Part shown: piece after piece, positions 37,748-49,097 of the stretch
Position numbering within the stretch: position 1 is the first letter of the stretch
How the letters are laid out: each line of letters starts with the position of its first letter
Made by a program: the position numbers and the translations under genes
The notes under the pieces: model-generated
The model's input: the letters and a program-made list of their open reading frames with translations, nothing else
Database searches by the model: none
Told to the model about the DNA's origin: nothing
IMG/VR virus record: IMGVR_UViG_3300038805_000372
Strand: one strand, 5' to 3'
Length of the DNA: 64,000 nt
Origin: an uncultured virus (IMG/VR IMGVR_UViG_3300038805_000372)
Lineage: Duplodnaviria > Heunggongvirae > Uroviricota > Caudoviricetes

Positions 37748-40700
37748 ATGGCGCAAGTTCAAGGAACAAAAGAACAAATTCTTGTTTCGGCTTATAATAG
37801 TGGTGTAGAATACATTCAAAATTATCAAAAAAATAATGCCGATTTTTATAATGAATTAGTTAATAGATTTGAAAACGAAAAACTCGCTATGCAAATTTTA
37901 GGATTTTCTCCTGTTGGATGGCTTTATTATTTAGGTAAAGGATTATATAACGGAGTAGTTGGTTTTGCAGAAGGTGCTGTTGTAACTTTAACTAATTTTA
38001 TCAATAACGCAGTCCAGGTTTTCAAATCAGATGAACAATTTGGTTCTGAAGCGTGGAGTGATGAACTTGCTGGAGATATAAACTATTTATTTGTTTCTGG
38101 TCTTGTTGATGCAGTTCAAGGTCTTGAAAACGCTACTTTGAATTTTTTAGCCAACGCTGGCGGTATGTTTGTCGCTTCAACAGAGTGGTCTGAAAACTTA
38201 AAAAAACATTCTAACAAAGCGTTTTATGATTTTAAGGTAAATTTATTAAAACCAAGTAGTAAAAATGATTTAATGAGTAGTGAATTTTTACCGTCGGATA
38301 GTTCTGATAGACCAGAAAATCATACTTTGCCATTTGCTTCAGATATAATAAGCGGTGTAGATGATATTGCTTCCAAGATGTATTTGAAAGACGATATTTT
38401 TGCTCCTTATATGCAAGACAATCAGGTAATGTCAAAATCACATGAATTAATGTCTGGTGTTTTAGAAAGCGTTGGTAGAATGATACCGTCTATTGCATTG
38501 ACTTATTTAAGTGGTGGAAGTGCTATTGGAATACTCGCTTCTTCTTCTTATTTTTATGCCACTACATACGGTCAATCTTTTAATGAAGCAATCGAAAAAG
38601 GCGTTTCTATTTATGACGCAAATCAATACGCCACACAAATCGCTATGGTAGAAACTATGACGGAACAAATTGGTGGCTTTCAGTTCGGTAGTGGTATTGG
38701 TAGCAATGTCGCCGAAAGTGTTCTTAACGAAGGTATGGAAGAATTTATCGCTGAAATGGCTACTTCTCAAGTTACATACGACGAAGAAGGAAAACCTATT
38801 TATGAAAGCCAAGAGGATTTAATAGAAAGAGTTCTTATGGCTACTTTTTCAGGAGCAATATCTGGCGGGCTTATGACTGGCGGGCAAATATTCGGAACAA
38901 AAGTTTACAGAGGAGAAGTTGGTAAAACGGCGGATAATCTTGCAAAAAGCGTATCTCTTTCCATAAAACAAAACGGACTTGATAAAGTTCAATCGGCAGT
39001 AACTAATGCTCTTGACGACGCTATCGAATCATTAAATAAAACTGTTAATAATGAACAAAGCAGAAAAAAATCAGAAAAAATAATTTCTGAAACAGAGGCA
39101 CAAAAATATATTGAATATAGCGAAAAAGAAAAAAAGTTTGTTTTAACTGATTTTGGCGAACAAATAAAAAAAGATATTCGCGCTCATCAAGGAAAAACCG
39201 CTATGACTGACAACCACGCCGTTAGAGTAAATCCTACAATAAAAATTAAAGAAGAAATTTCTGTTGAAAGGATTGAAAATGGTAAAAAAATAATTGTTAA
39301 AGAAAAAATAAATATATTAGAAAAAAATAATCATAAATATAAAAAAAATAAAAAGTCTGTTGATGATATTATTAATATATCTGAAAAAATTGGCGTTAAT
39401 GTTGTTTTATATGATGGTGATGTAAGCAATGCTCAAGGTTTTTATGTTGATGGCGTTTCTTATGTAAATATCAATGCTTTAGGAAAAGATGGTCTTGGAC
39501 TTCAAAAACAAATATACGGACACGAATTATTACACCAACTTTTCGCGCGTTTTAGACAAAATGTTTTAACCGAAAAAGCAGATAAGAAACTTTTGAAATT
39601 ATCAAAAGACATTTTAGAGTCTTTGAAAACTAATAAAGAGTTTGTTAAAGAGGTTGGTCTAAAAACAGCGGACATAAAAGATTTAGCAACTTTGAGTGAA
39701 GAACACATGGCTTATTTTATTGAAAAATATGTCAGTATGGATTTAGTTATGGAACGCCTTGCTTATCGCAGACCTGACCTAATGAAAAATATAGTCGATG
39801 ATATGACAAGCATACGGGCTAAAAGAGAAATGACCGTTATTGAAAAAGAATATATGGAACTTCTTGCTGAAATTAATTTACACACTATGGATAGCATATC
39901 AGCAACTTTGGCTTTATCTAATTTAACGCCAGAAAACGCAAAGGCGAGCAAGATAGTTCAACGAAAAATGTTCAACAAGACAAAAAGCGAATATGATTAT
40001 CTCGTTAACTATTTGATTAAGGTTGATAAAAACGGAGAATATATTGTTCCTGACGAACTAAAAGAAGATTTCAAAGGCAAAAGCGATAAAGATGTAAAAT
40101 TTCATCCAGACTTCAAAGCGTTTTTGGTTGCGTTTAAGAACAGAGATGAAAAAGCGATAATAGATAATTTTCTAAACACTAAAAATATTGAAGATGAAAC
40201 ATTACAAAAAAGATTAACTGCGTATAAAGCGGTTCAAATTTTTGAGTATATGGAAAGTAATAAATTTTATAGACACAATGAAGTTATGGAAGCGTTCAAG
40301 GCTGATTTTGTTGCTGAAATTAATAGTCGCATTGAAGCGAAAAAAGCAACTCTAAAAGATTTTCCTGTTCACGATGGAAATTTAATAAAAGTAGATGCCG
40401 AAACTTTTCACGAAGTATTTGCTCTAAACTATTTGAAAATGTGGAGAGAAAATTATGTATCGCTTTATCCTATTAGCACTTATAAGAATGTAAAATATCT
40501 TTACTTACGAGACGATTTAATGGCTGGTTTTGCTGTTCAAGGCGAAGAAACAAATGATAATGCTGATTTTGGAAGATACGAATTAGCGTCTCTTTTTAGA
40601 AGCGAGGGAGAGGCTGGTTGGTTAAAAGGCAAAGTTGATTTTATTGTTAAAGACTTACAAGCAAGACAATTAGCCTCTGTTTCTGAAAGACACGCTCGGG

Positions 40701-43700
40701 GTTATAAAAAAATTTTTGAAGGTTCTTTACAAATAATTAGAAACTCAATGATAAAAAATGAAGAAAAGCCAATGCGTTTTAAGAATTTTGGTTACAGTAT
40801 GCTTTATATGTCTAATGATTGGACGGCATTATATAGCAATTACATTATTACTGAACTTGCTTTAAGAAAAGATAACCCTACATATAAGATTACTCATCAA
40901 ACTGGACTTCGTAGAAGAATTACAACTCCTATAAAATATTCAAAAGCAAATGTTTTAGTTACTGATAGCGTTGGTAATGAACTTACACAAGAGCAACAAG
41001 ATTATTTCGAAGATAGTGTGGTGCGTGATGAAAATGGTAATCTCAAAGTTGTATATCACGGGACAAAAGCCGACTTTAACACTTTTCTCCACGAACACAT
41101 AAGCGATTCAACCGGCAGTATGGACTTTGGTTATGGCTTTTATTTTACCGATAGTGAAGAAGTTGCAAGCGGTTATGGCACTACCAAAAGTGTCTATTTA
41201 GATATTAAGAAGCCACTATCTTATGACACAAAAACAATAACAAAACCCGACTTATCTAAACTACTTAAAACATTGGACGCCGATGGCGAAATGGGTATTT
41301 TAAGCAATTTTGATGATGTATCATATATCGGTTATGCAAAGTTGTTAAGTAAGGCAACAAATATGCTTTATGACAACAACACTAACGATGTTGATATAAT
41401 AAGCGAAATGATTAACATTCACGGTGGTTATAGGGCTTCCAAAGAGTTTTATAATATTTTGAAAAACACGCTCGGATATGACGGAATTATCACGAAATAC
41501 CACACGAAGAAAGATGATGTCTATGTTGTCTTTAATTCTAATCAAATCAAGTCCATAGATAATAAAACACCGACCGATAGCGATGACATTAGATTTAGTC
41601 TCCAGGATTACACAATTCGTTCTCAATTTGATTATTTTCAAGATACATTATTAAAAGACAAAAACGGAAGCATTGTTCCTATGTTACTGTTAAGCGACAT
41701 TGTAAAATCAAATCCAACATATTACGCTAAATCATTAGGAGTTGTTAAAAGCGGATATTTCTTATTTTCAACTGATGTTGATGTTAAAAAATATAAAAAA
41801 AATACCAAATTAGTTTTTGCAAATATCACAAAAGCATTAAACGCGGATGTAAAAATTACCAGCGCAATGTATGAAAATATAATTAAAAACGCCGTAAAAG
41901 AAGTTAAAACATTAGACCAAGACATAATTGATAGATACAGATTAAAAATAAATTCAGGTGAAATAAATAATTTTTCTCAAATTGTCGATATGATGTCGTT
42001 TTCTTTGTCCGGATATGAAGATTTATATAACTTTAAGCGCGCTATTTTTGAAGCCACAGGTTATGATGGCTTTATTTCTTATGATGAAAATGGAAATATA
42101 GTCAATGCTGTTGCTTGGTTCGATGAGCAAATAAAAAGTGTTGATAATCTTGCTCTTGATGATAATCAAAAAGACATTATTCTTTTTTCGAAGTATTCAG
42201 ATGATATTGTTGACGATTTGGAAGAAGTATCTTTGGGCGACATAAGAGTAGAAATTGATATTGAAAAACTCTTAAAATATGGATGGTTAAAAACAGTTAC
42301 AGATAAATCTCTTTTAGAAAAAGGATATATGTTTCAAATTCCAAAAAGCAATTTTTATATTCACGAAAGACACTTAAAAATACCGTTTCCTTTTGAAAAA
42401 AATAATATAACTTACGATAGTCTTGGAAACGAAATAGTGTTGTCTCTAAAAAACTTGAAAAACAAGGAATACTTTTATTTGTCAATACCACAAGATTACA
42501 TTCACCCGACAACTAAAAAAATATATAAAAACGCTCGGTATCTTGCCAGCGGTATGAGTTATCATTGGTTATCAAAAATACCTATCGAAACAGGTAGCAT
42601 ATCTCAAAGTGTTGCTTTAGAAGATTTATCTAATCGTATTCCAGAGGCTTCGGCTTATTCAAGTGCAAAAACAGGACAATATTTGCCTGAAATATTTGTT
42701 GTTATGAAAAAAGATATTCTAAATAAAACGGAAACAATATCTGGCTCGATAGATTATTTTACAAAAGTAAGAAAAATTTATGGCGATAAAATTATGTTAT
42801 TTGATGATTTTGGGAAAGCAAATGGAGAACAATTTCGCGAAATGGTAAAAAAAGAAGCGTTCTCTGAAATTGAAAAAAATAACGGCGTAATCTCTGAAAA
42901 AATAGAACAAACTTATAATATATATGATGAAAACGACCCGCTTATAGTAGAAAAAATAAATAATGTAACAAATAATTATCTAAAAAAGCAAATGGTAAGC
43001 AAGATTGCAGATAATATTTATTCTTATAAAACATCATCATATACAATTCAATATAGAACATTATCTATTTTAAGAGACCTTGTGTTTTTTGGTAAAACAA
43101 ATCTAAATTTTGTGTCAGACGCAAATAGAACTTTTGATTTTATTAGTGAAATAGATAAATATGCAAAGATGTTATCTCTTATGGCAAACAAATATGAAAA
43201 TATCGAAATTATGGCACAAAAGATTTTTGAAGCAAAAGAAAAATCTACCGATGAATATAATATGAAAGAATATTTATTAAAACTTCCATATACTTATAAC
43301 GGAAATTTTGCTGAAGTTAGAGAATTAAAAACAAATATAAACTATTCAGATATTGCTACTGTCTATTATAAATATGGAAATAGGGATGCTTTTGCTATGG
43401 AACAAGAGTTATATGATTATGATAAAGAAGAAGTTATGGAAGATAATGACACATACGGAGAGATGCGCAAGTTTGACAATGCTGTAAATGATATTGAAAA
43501 AACTTTATCTGATATTGATGGAAAAGGAATAAGAATCGTCGAGTTTGACCATACAGAAGATATTCACAAAAAAATTATAGAAGATATAAATAATGGTAAT
43601 ATAGACCCAGAAACCATTTTATTTTCAAAACAAGATATATCTGAAAACATATATGAAAGTGGACTTGTAGATAATAACAGTAATGATTTTATTGACAATG

Positions 43701-46700
43701 CTGTATTATTTTCAAGAAAATTTGCTAAAGTAAAAAGCGGAGACACTAAATCTGCTCTTAATAATTTACACTCACAAAAAATGGAAACTTTTGATAGAAA
43801 AACATACGAAAATATAGAGCGCGTTTACGCTGATTTCTTATTAACTTATAAAGAAGATAAAAAAACAACTGGCGGGAAAGTAATAGCAAAAATCGTAGAA
43901 AATATCGAAAAAAGAATTAGAAATAATAATAACAGAGAACAAATATTCAATCACTTATATAATACCGTTGCCAAAACACTTGTTCTGCAATTAAATATAC
44001 TAAATTCAGACACCACAACTAAAACGACAGACGCACAACGCGAGATTTTGGTATCTTCTATCAATTCTACAATAGCACAAACTATGTCATATCTTGATAC
44101 TGTTTTTACAAACAATGATGTAAATAAATTAGACCCGAGTAATACACAAGGAAACCAATATACTCGTCTTATTTATCATTATTTACGAGCGGTTTTAGAT
44201 AACAACAATCAAACTCACGAAGGCTCTGAAAAAATTACTTCTTTATATGAAGCGCTATTTGATTTAGATATTACAAGTAAAAATTCATTAGAAGGACTAT
44301 ACGATGCACTTAAAGAATTTGAAAAAGCGACTAATGTTGACCAAGTTAGTTCTTGTGTGGTTGCTACTGGTGGAGAATATGCTCATACAATAAAAAATGC
44401 CGAAAGACAAGCGGATATATGGATAGATTCTGCGTTAGATATAGTCGGAAAATATATGACTGTATATGATAAACTTGGCAAGCGTTCTACAAAGCGTAGT
44501 GGTGGACTTATCGGTAAAAACTCATTTTTAGACGATTTAGGAATCGCTAACTGGATAGCAGACCCGTTTACATACGCTGAAATTGCTTCTTTATTTTTGC
44601 CAAATGCGCTTCCACAAGTTATTCAAAATAGATTATTTGAAGGAAGCAAAAAACAACTTAAAGTTCTTAACCATTTTTATACTTTTTTTGAAGAAGGCGG
44701 ATGGGCTAAACATAATCAAAAAAATATAAATAATTTAGAAAAAAAATATATCAAAATAAATAATTTATTAGATTATAATGGAAATCCAATGGATATATCG
44801 TTATCGCAAGTTATAACTCTTTACAATACTCTCAAAAGAGAATTAATCAGAAATAAAATGATAGATGAACAATTTATTAAAGGCGAAAAAACACACCACT
44901 TTGAAAATGGAAATAGAATTTTGGCTACCGAAAATGTTAATAATAAAATTGAACGCGAGGCAAAAGGAAGATACGGAAAAATAGTTGATAACATTGGTTT
45001 GCTTAATGATTTATCAGAAATACTTCATCAGCCAGAAAATTCATTCGCTATTGAATATAATAAAAAAATTATGTCATTTTTTGAGGCGATGTATCCTTAT
45101 GTAAATGCTACATTCAAAGACATTAATGGTTTAGAACTTCCAAATGACGCTGTTGTTATTAAAAAGGCGTTTGATTCTATTAGCGCAGAGGAAAAATCAG
45201 AGTTATTAAAAGGTTTTCCAACGGTTGAAGATTTTTCGCAAATTTATATCCCTTATAGAAATGCTCGTGGTTCTTATAGTGGGAAAAATACTTTCGATGT
45301 AAATAATATTCTTGATTTAGGTGTTTTTGATGGTCTTGCACAAGCATTAACAAATAGTTCTTCTGAACTTGTAATTGATAGTATTAACAATCTTATGCCA
45401 GAATATTCAAAAGAAGTCGCTAATTACTACGGTCTATATCGTATCGCGAGAGACTTAAATGAAATGTTTGGAACGCAAGAACAAGTTCCTGGCACAATTC
45501 AAGAAACAAATCTTGCTCAAAAAATGGTCTTATTAAGTCCAAATATTGTAAAATATTATGAGGAATTATTAAAGGATATAGCCGGATATTCTACGCAAAA
45601 AGATACGACATCACAAAAATTTGATAAATTTATGGCTAAATTACGCAAAAATTATTTTAGAGCGTCATTAGCGATTAACGCAAAAGTCATAGCAACTCAA
45701 TTTGCATCAATGATTACTTGTGGAACAATATTTGGAAAAGGTAGTAACCCTTTAACTAACGCTGGTTTTATGGCTCGGTTTATGAAAAATCTTTTTACCG
45801 CTGGCTCAAAAACAAGAGCAAAATATCTTGTTGAAAATAGTGAAATATATAAAAATAGAGCAAGATTATCAACATACGAAGTAAGCGAAGCAACAGAAAA
45901 AATTTGGACTAAAAATCCAGTAGAAAATGCTGTCGAGTTTTTGATGCGTGGTATTACGCTAACAGACAATATGATTAACCGCGCTTTGTTTGTTACTCTC
46001 GTAGAAGATGGATATAGCGAACAAGAAGCAATGGAGAAAGTAGAACTCGCAATTTCTCGGTATCAATCATCGGGGAACGCTATTGACCGCGCCGAATTGT
46101 TGAGGACAGAAAATCAAATTCTGCGACTCTTTACAAAGTTCTTGGGCGAACCTATGAAAATGCTTACGAATTTTTATGGAATATCAAAAAAATTAAATAT
46201 AATCAATAAATACGAAAAAAATAAAAATGAAATAATTAAACATTTTGATAATAAAAAAATTGAGGAAGATAAAAAATTAATTGTTAAAAAAGAAGAAATG
46301 CGTTTACGCTATGAATATGAAGCGTCACCAGCGTTCCAAGAGTTATCAGAAAAAGATAAACGAAAATATACTGCCGAAACGCAAAAGAAGCAAAGTGCTT
46401 ATAACGCTTTAGAATACGAAGTTGATAGAGCAAAACGGATGTATGACATCGTTAAATCAAATGTTCAAGAGGTTATAAATAGCAAGGCGGAAACAAAAGA
46501 AAAATTAGGGCGTTTAGTTAGCGCGTTTGCTGGCTCTCTATTGTGGCAAGTGTTTTTAGGTGTTGCGTTTAAGATGCTTCGTGGTGGCGCAAAAGATAAA
46601 CCAGAAGATGAAGAAATGTGGGCATATTTAGGTAAGATGTTTGGTTTCCAATTAGCCACTGAACTTGTCGGTTATTTGCCATTTGTGCGTGATGTATATA

Positions 46701-47473
46701 CAGTTGTCATCAATGGATACTCTGGACACGAAATTGACGAACTGCAACCGTTTAATGACTTATTTTTACAAATGAATTATCTAATTAGCGATATAGTGAA
46801 TGGCGGAGATTTTAACGCAGGACGACACATAAGACAATTCTCTATTTCTCTTGGCTCTATTCTTGGGATACCGGTGCGTAATATAGAAAGATTATTTACG
46901 ACTCCAATGTCGTGGTTTAGTCAATCATCTTCATTTACATATAAATCGGCAACAGGTCAAAGAGTGGATGTGAATCAAGAATTAACAAACGCTATTGCTA
47001 ATCAAGATGAAAAACTAATTGAAGCGGTTATTGCGCAAAAACTAAATAGCAGAAACATAATGTTAGGTCAAGATGTCATAGATGAAATAGAACGACTGGC
47101 GAGTGTTAATGGCGAAATGATTACCATATCTGGTGACTATGGAAAGTTTACAGTTGATGGCAAAGAATATGTATTAACGCGCGAACAGCAAGAAAAGTTT
47201 ACAGAAATATATAGCCGAGCCGATTATATTGCTTCTAAAATTATTAAATCAGCAGAATACAAGCAATTAAGTGATGAATATAAAGCAAAATTTTTAACTT
47301 CCATATTTAATTATTTTTATAAAATGGCAAAACAAGAAATTAGCGGTATTGAACAAATTGCGAAAAAAAATTATTTTACAAATCTCGCTGATGCTTACGA
47401 CTATTTTATTACTGCTGTCGCTAAAAGACTTTATAATACGATGATTAACGAACAAGAAAAAAAAGAAGCATAA
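37748..47473 (+). CDS. Giant polyvalent/ejection protein (HExxH peptidase-like domain, ART-PolyVal-like ADP-ribosyltransferase, degenerate second ART, helical C-terminus)
   Basis: GHELLH at 39518-39535; VYHGT...GFYFTD...YLDIKKP...GYDGII...VVFNSNQIKS at ~40960-41600. Confidence 0.75.
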   Translation: MAQVQGTKEQILVSAYNSGVEYIQNYQKNNADFYNELVNRFENEKLAMQILGFSPVGWLYYLGKGLYNGVVGFAEGAVVTLTNFINNAVQVFKSDEQFGSEAWSDELAGDINYLFVSGLVDAVQGLENATLNFLANAGGMFVASTEWSENLKKHSNKAFYDFKVNLLKPSSKNDLMSSEFLPSDSSDRPENHTLPFASDIISGVDDIASKMYLKDDIFAPYMQDNQVMSKSHELMSGVLESVGRMIPSIALTYLSGGSAIGILASSSYFYATTYGQSFNEAIEKGVSIYDANQYATQIAMVETMTEQIGGFQFGSGIGSNVAESVLNEGMEEFIAEMATSQVTYDEEGKPIYESQEDLIERVLMATFSGAISGGLMTGGQIFGTKVYRGEVGKTADNLAKSVSLSIKQNGLDKVQSAVTNALDDAIESLNKTVNNEQSRKKSEKIISETEAQKYIEYSEKEKKFVLTDFGEQIKKDIRAHQGKTAMTDNHAVRVNPTIKIKEEISVERIENGKKIIVKEKINILEKNNHKYKKNKKSVDDIINISEKIGVNVVLYDGDVSNAQGFYVDGVSYVNINALGKDGLGLQKQIYGHELLHQLFARFRQNVLTEKADKKLLKLSKDILESLKTNKEFVKEVGLKTADIKDLATLSEEHMAYFIEKYVSMDLVMERLAYRRPDLMKNIVDDMTSIRAKREMTVIEKEYMELLAEINLHTMDSISATLALSNLTPENAKASKIVQRKMFNKTKSEYDYLVNYLIKVDKNGEYIVPDELKEDFKGKSDKDVKFHPDFKAFLVAFKNRDEKAIIDNFLNTKNIEDETLQKRLTAYKAVQIFEYMESNKFYRHNEVMEAFKADFVAEINSRIEAKKATLKDFPVHDGNLIKVDAETFHEVFALNYLKMWRENYVSLYPISTYKNVKYLYLRDDLMAGFAVQGEETNDNADFGRYELASLFRSEGEAGWLKGKVDFIVKDLQARQLASVSERHARGYKKIFEGSLQIIRNSMIKNEEKPMRFKNFGYSMLYMSNDWTALYSNYIITELALRKDNPTYKITHQTGLRRRITTPIKYSKANVLVTDSVGNELTQEQQDYFEDSVVRDENGNLKVVYHGTKADFNTFLHEHISDSTGSMDFGYGFYFTDSEEVASGYGTTKSVYLDIKKPLSYDTKTITKPDLSKLLKTLDADGEMGILSNFDDVSYIGYAKLLSKATNMLYDNNTNDVDIISEMINIHGGYRASKEFYNILKNTLGYDGIITKYHTKKDDVYVVFNSNQIKSIDNKTPTDSDDIRFSLQDYTIRSQFDYFQDTLLKDKNGSIVPMLLLSDIVKSNPTYYAKSLGVVKSGYFLFSTDVDVKKYKKNTKLVFANITKALNADVKITSAMYENIIKNAVKEVKTLDQDIIDRYRLKINSGEINNFSQIVDMMSFSLSGYEDLYNFKRAIFEATGYDGFISYDENGNIVNAVAWFDEQIKSVDNLALDDNQKDIILFSKYSDDIVDDLEEVSLGDIRVEIDIEKLLKYGWLKTVTDKSLLEKGYMFQIPKSNFYIHERHLKIPFPFEKNNITYDSLGNEIVLSLKNLKNKEYFYLSIPQDYIHPTTKKIYKNARYLASGMSYHWLSKIPIETGSISQSVALEDLSNRIPEASAYSSAKTGQYLPEIFVVMKKDILNKTETISGSIDYFTKVRKIYGDKIMLFDDFGKANGEQFREMVKKEAFSEIEKNNGVISEKIEQTYNIYDENDPLIVEKINNVTNNYLKKQMVSKIADNIYSYKTSSYTIQYRTLSILRDLVFFGKTNLNFVSDANRTFDFISEIDKYAKMLSLMANKYENIEIMAQKIFEAKEKSTDEYNMKEYLLKLPYTYNGNFAEVRELKTNINYSDIATVYYKYGNRDAFAMEQELYDYDKEEVMEDNDTYGEMRKFDNAVNDIEKTLSDIDGKGIRIVEFDHTEDIHKKIIEDINNGNIDPETILFSKQDISENIYESGLVDNNSNDFIDNAVLFSRKFAKVKSGDTKSALNNLHSQKMETFDRKTYENIERVYADFLLTYKEDKKTTGGKVIAKIVENIEKRIRNNNNREQIFNHLYNTVAKTLVLQLNILNSDTTTKTTDAQREILVSSINSTIAQTMSYLDTVFTNNDVNKLDPSNTQGNQYTRLIYHYLRAVLDNNNQTHEGSEKITSLYEALFDLDITSKNSLEGLYDALKEFEKATNVDQVSSCVVATGGEYAHTIKNAERQADIWIDSALDIVGKYMTVYDKLGKRSTKRSGGLIGKNSFLDDLGIANWIADPFTYAEIASLFLPNALPQVIQNRLFEGSKKQLKVLNHFYTFFEEGGWAKHNQKNINNLEKKYIKINNLLDYNGNPMDISLSQVITLYNTLKRELIRNKMIDEQFIKGEKTHHFENGNRILATENVNNKIEREAKGRYGKIVDNIGLLNDLSEILHQPENSFAIEYNKKIMSFFEAMYPYVNATFKDINGLELPNDAVVIKKAFDSISAEEKSELLKGFPTVEDFSQIYIPYRNARGSYSGKNTFDVNNILDLGVFDGLAQALTNSSSELVIDSINNLMPEYSKEVANYYGLYRIARDLNEMFGTQEQVPGTIQETNLAQKMVLLSPNIVKYYEELLKDIAGYSTQKDTTSQKFDKFMAKLRKNYFRASLAINAKVIATQFASMITCGTIFGKGSNPLTNAGFMARFMKNLFTAGSKTRAKYLVENSEIYKNRARLSTYEVSEATEKIWTKNPVENAVEFLMRGITLTDNMINRALFVTLVEDGYSEQEAMEKVELAISRYQSSGNAIDRAELLRTENQILRLFTKFLGEPMKMLTNFYGISKKLNIINKYEKNKNEIIKHFDNKKIEEDKKLIVKKEEMRLRYEYEASPAFQELSEKDKRKYTAETQKKQSAYNALEYEVDRAKRMYDIVKSNVQEVINSKAETKEKLGRLVSAFAGSLLWQVFLGVAFKMLRGGAKDKPEDEEMWAYLGKMFGFQLATELVGYLPFVRDVYTVVINGYSGHEIDELQPFNDLFLQMNYLISDIVNGGDFNAGRHIRQFSISLGSILGIPVRNIERLFTTPMSWFSQSSSFTYKSATGQRVDVNQELTNAIANQDEKLIEAVIAQKLNSRNIMLGQDVIDEIERLASVNGEMITISGDYGKFTVDGKEYVLTREQQEKFTEIYSRADYIASKIIKSAEYKQLSDEYKAKFLTSIFNYFYKMAKQEISGIEQIAKKNYFTNLADAYDYFITAVAKRLYNTMINEQEKKEA

Positions 47474-47620
47474 TTACTCCTTTTTAATTATCACTTCTAA
47501 TTTTTGGCACTCTTCATAGAGTTCCTTTTGGTATCGAATCAAATCGGTTTTGCTTGGATTATCGCCCAACTTTTCAGCAATGTAGCGAATATTGAACAAC
47601 GCTATTTCTAATTTATTCAT
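47474..47620 (-). CDS. Small hypothetical protein, 48 aa, not in the ORF track
   Basis: MNKLEIALFNIRYIAEKLG...; its stop abuts the giant gene's stop. Confidence 0.45.
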   Translation of the reverse strand: MNKLEIALFNIRYIAEKLGDNPSKTDLIRYQKELYEECQKLEVIIKKE

Positions 47621-47714
47621 ATACTAAATGCTATACAAAGTGATATCGCAATCGAGATTACAAGGATAGCGACAAGAATACCGCATAAAGCATATATCAA
47701 TTTATCGGTTAGTT

Positions 47715-47930
47715 TCATTTACTTTTCCTCTCTTTAAGTAATTTATATTTTGCTAATCTTTTTCTGGTTCTTTCAGTATAGGAAGTGAAATAATATTGAG
47801 CAGTTAAGTTGTTATTGGCTATATGTTGTAAAAACTCATCAAAGTTTTTATACCATCCTATTACACACCGATTCCACACTCTCCATCTTCTACAATGAGG
47901 TAACCACTCAACAATCAATGTTCTTTTCAT
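47715..47930 (-). CDS. Hypothetical protein
   Basis: ORF in the leftward small-gene array. Confidence 0.5.
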   Translation of the reverse strand: MKRTLIVEWLPHCRRWRVWNRCVIGWYKNFDEFLQHIANNNLTAQYYFTSYTERTRKRLAKYKLLKERKSK

Positions 47931-48061
47931 TTACTTGTCCTTGCTTTCTAATTGGGATAAAACTTTTTTGTAAGATTCAATGGATAAGTCAATAAATCGC
48001 CGTTTGTTTTCCAAATCAGCAATTATGGCTTTTGTTTCGGCAATCTTCTTTTCTTTGGCGT

Positions 48062-48391
48062 TCATATCAGTTCTAACTCTCCTCTCTCATTCAGTTTGGC
48101 GACATAGATTAGACCTTTATCAGTCCAAATCGCACCGAAGATTATATAATCGAGATTGATATTTTTACCATAATTTAATTGGTCTCTCATTTCTCTTTTC
48201 AAATCGCCAAATGAATAGCGAACATATTGTCTCGCTGTGCTATATGGGTATTCCTTTTTATTCCAAATCCATATCAACTCATCACACAATTCTTCAACAG
48301 TATCAGCCACTTTGTTTGTAGTTAACTTTGCCATTAGACTATTGTCATCTGCAACTAATATTCTTCCATCTTTAGTTCTAATGTATTTCAT
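48062..48391 (-). CDS. Hypothetical phage protein
   Basis: ORF with AAGGAG RBS and overlapping stop/start. Confidence 0.6.
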   Translation of the reverse strand: MKYIRTKDGRILVADDNSLMAKLTTNKVADTVEELCDELIWIWNKKEYPYSTARQYVRYSFGDLKREMRDQLNYGKNINLDYIIFGAIWTDKGLIYVAKLNERGELELI

Positions 48392-48606
48392 ACTTTGCTC
48401 CTTTTCAGTTTATTGAATGTTCTAATTGCCATTCTTAATTTGTCTTTGATGATGGTAATACTATTATCTGCATTGATGATTTTGATGATGGCGTAGTATG
48501 GTTTACTATCGTATGGCACAACCTTCCAAAGTTTAATGTTTGGTGCTTCTTTGAGGATATAAAACTTTGTTCCTTTTGCGTTGTGTAGGGCTTCAAGGTT
48601 AATCAT
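48388..48606 (-). CDS. Hypothetical protein
   Basis: Translationally coupled ORF. Confidence 0.55.
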   Translation of the reverse strand: MINLEALHNAKGTKFYILKEAPNIKLWKVVPYDSKPYYAIIKIINADNSITIIKDKLRMAIRTFNKLKRSKV

Positions 48607-49097
48607 TGTTCATCGCTCCAAACTAATTTAATGAGATGCGATAATGGTATTCTATCTAAACATTGATAATGTCCTTCAGCAGTTCTTTTGAACCAATTAT
48701 GAGATTGCTTATTCATTTCAACCGCATAAATAGTCTTCCCATATTTTAAGGCGATTTCTAAATCATCAGTAAAGAATGTTCCACGAACTAAAAAGTCATC
48801 TAACATTTCAGAATTTGTGCCATGAAATAAATATACTTTTGTTTGTGTTCCTTCTATCACCTTAACATAATTACTTTTTGGCTGAATTTCATTTTCATAA
48901 ACAACCTGTTTACACCACTTAAAAATCATTCCGTTTTCACAATATGCTTGAAACGCAAGATAAGATAGCGAGTATAAATTAAACTTAACATTAGGCGTTA
49001 AATCGGGCGTTGTCCATTCAACTTCAACACCACACGCTCCATTATCAAGCATCTTAAATTTGGCACTTCTAATTTCAATATCTTCTGGTTTAATCAT
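48603..49097 (-). CDS. Hypothetical protein with C-terminal ADP-ribosyltransferase-like motif
   Basis: YLFHGT...GTFFTDDLEIALKYGKTIYAV. Confidence 0.45.
   Translation of the reverse strand: MIKPEDIEIRSAKFKMLDNGACGVEVEWTTPDLTPNVKFNLYSLSYLAFQAYCENGMIFKWCKQVVYENEIQPKSNYVKVIEGTQTKVYLFHGTNSEMLDDFLVRGTFFTDDLEIALKYGKTIYAVEMNKQSHNWFKRTAEGHYQCLDRIPLSHLIKLVWSDEQ

Noticed and set aside
47460..47490. Integration (att) site or prophage boundary
   Set aside because: Convergent genes abut directly; no integrase, tRNA or host genes are in the window.
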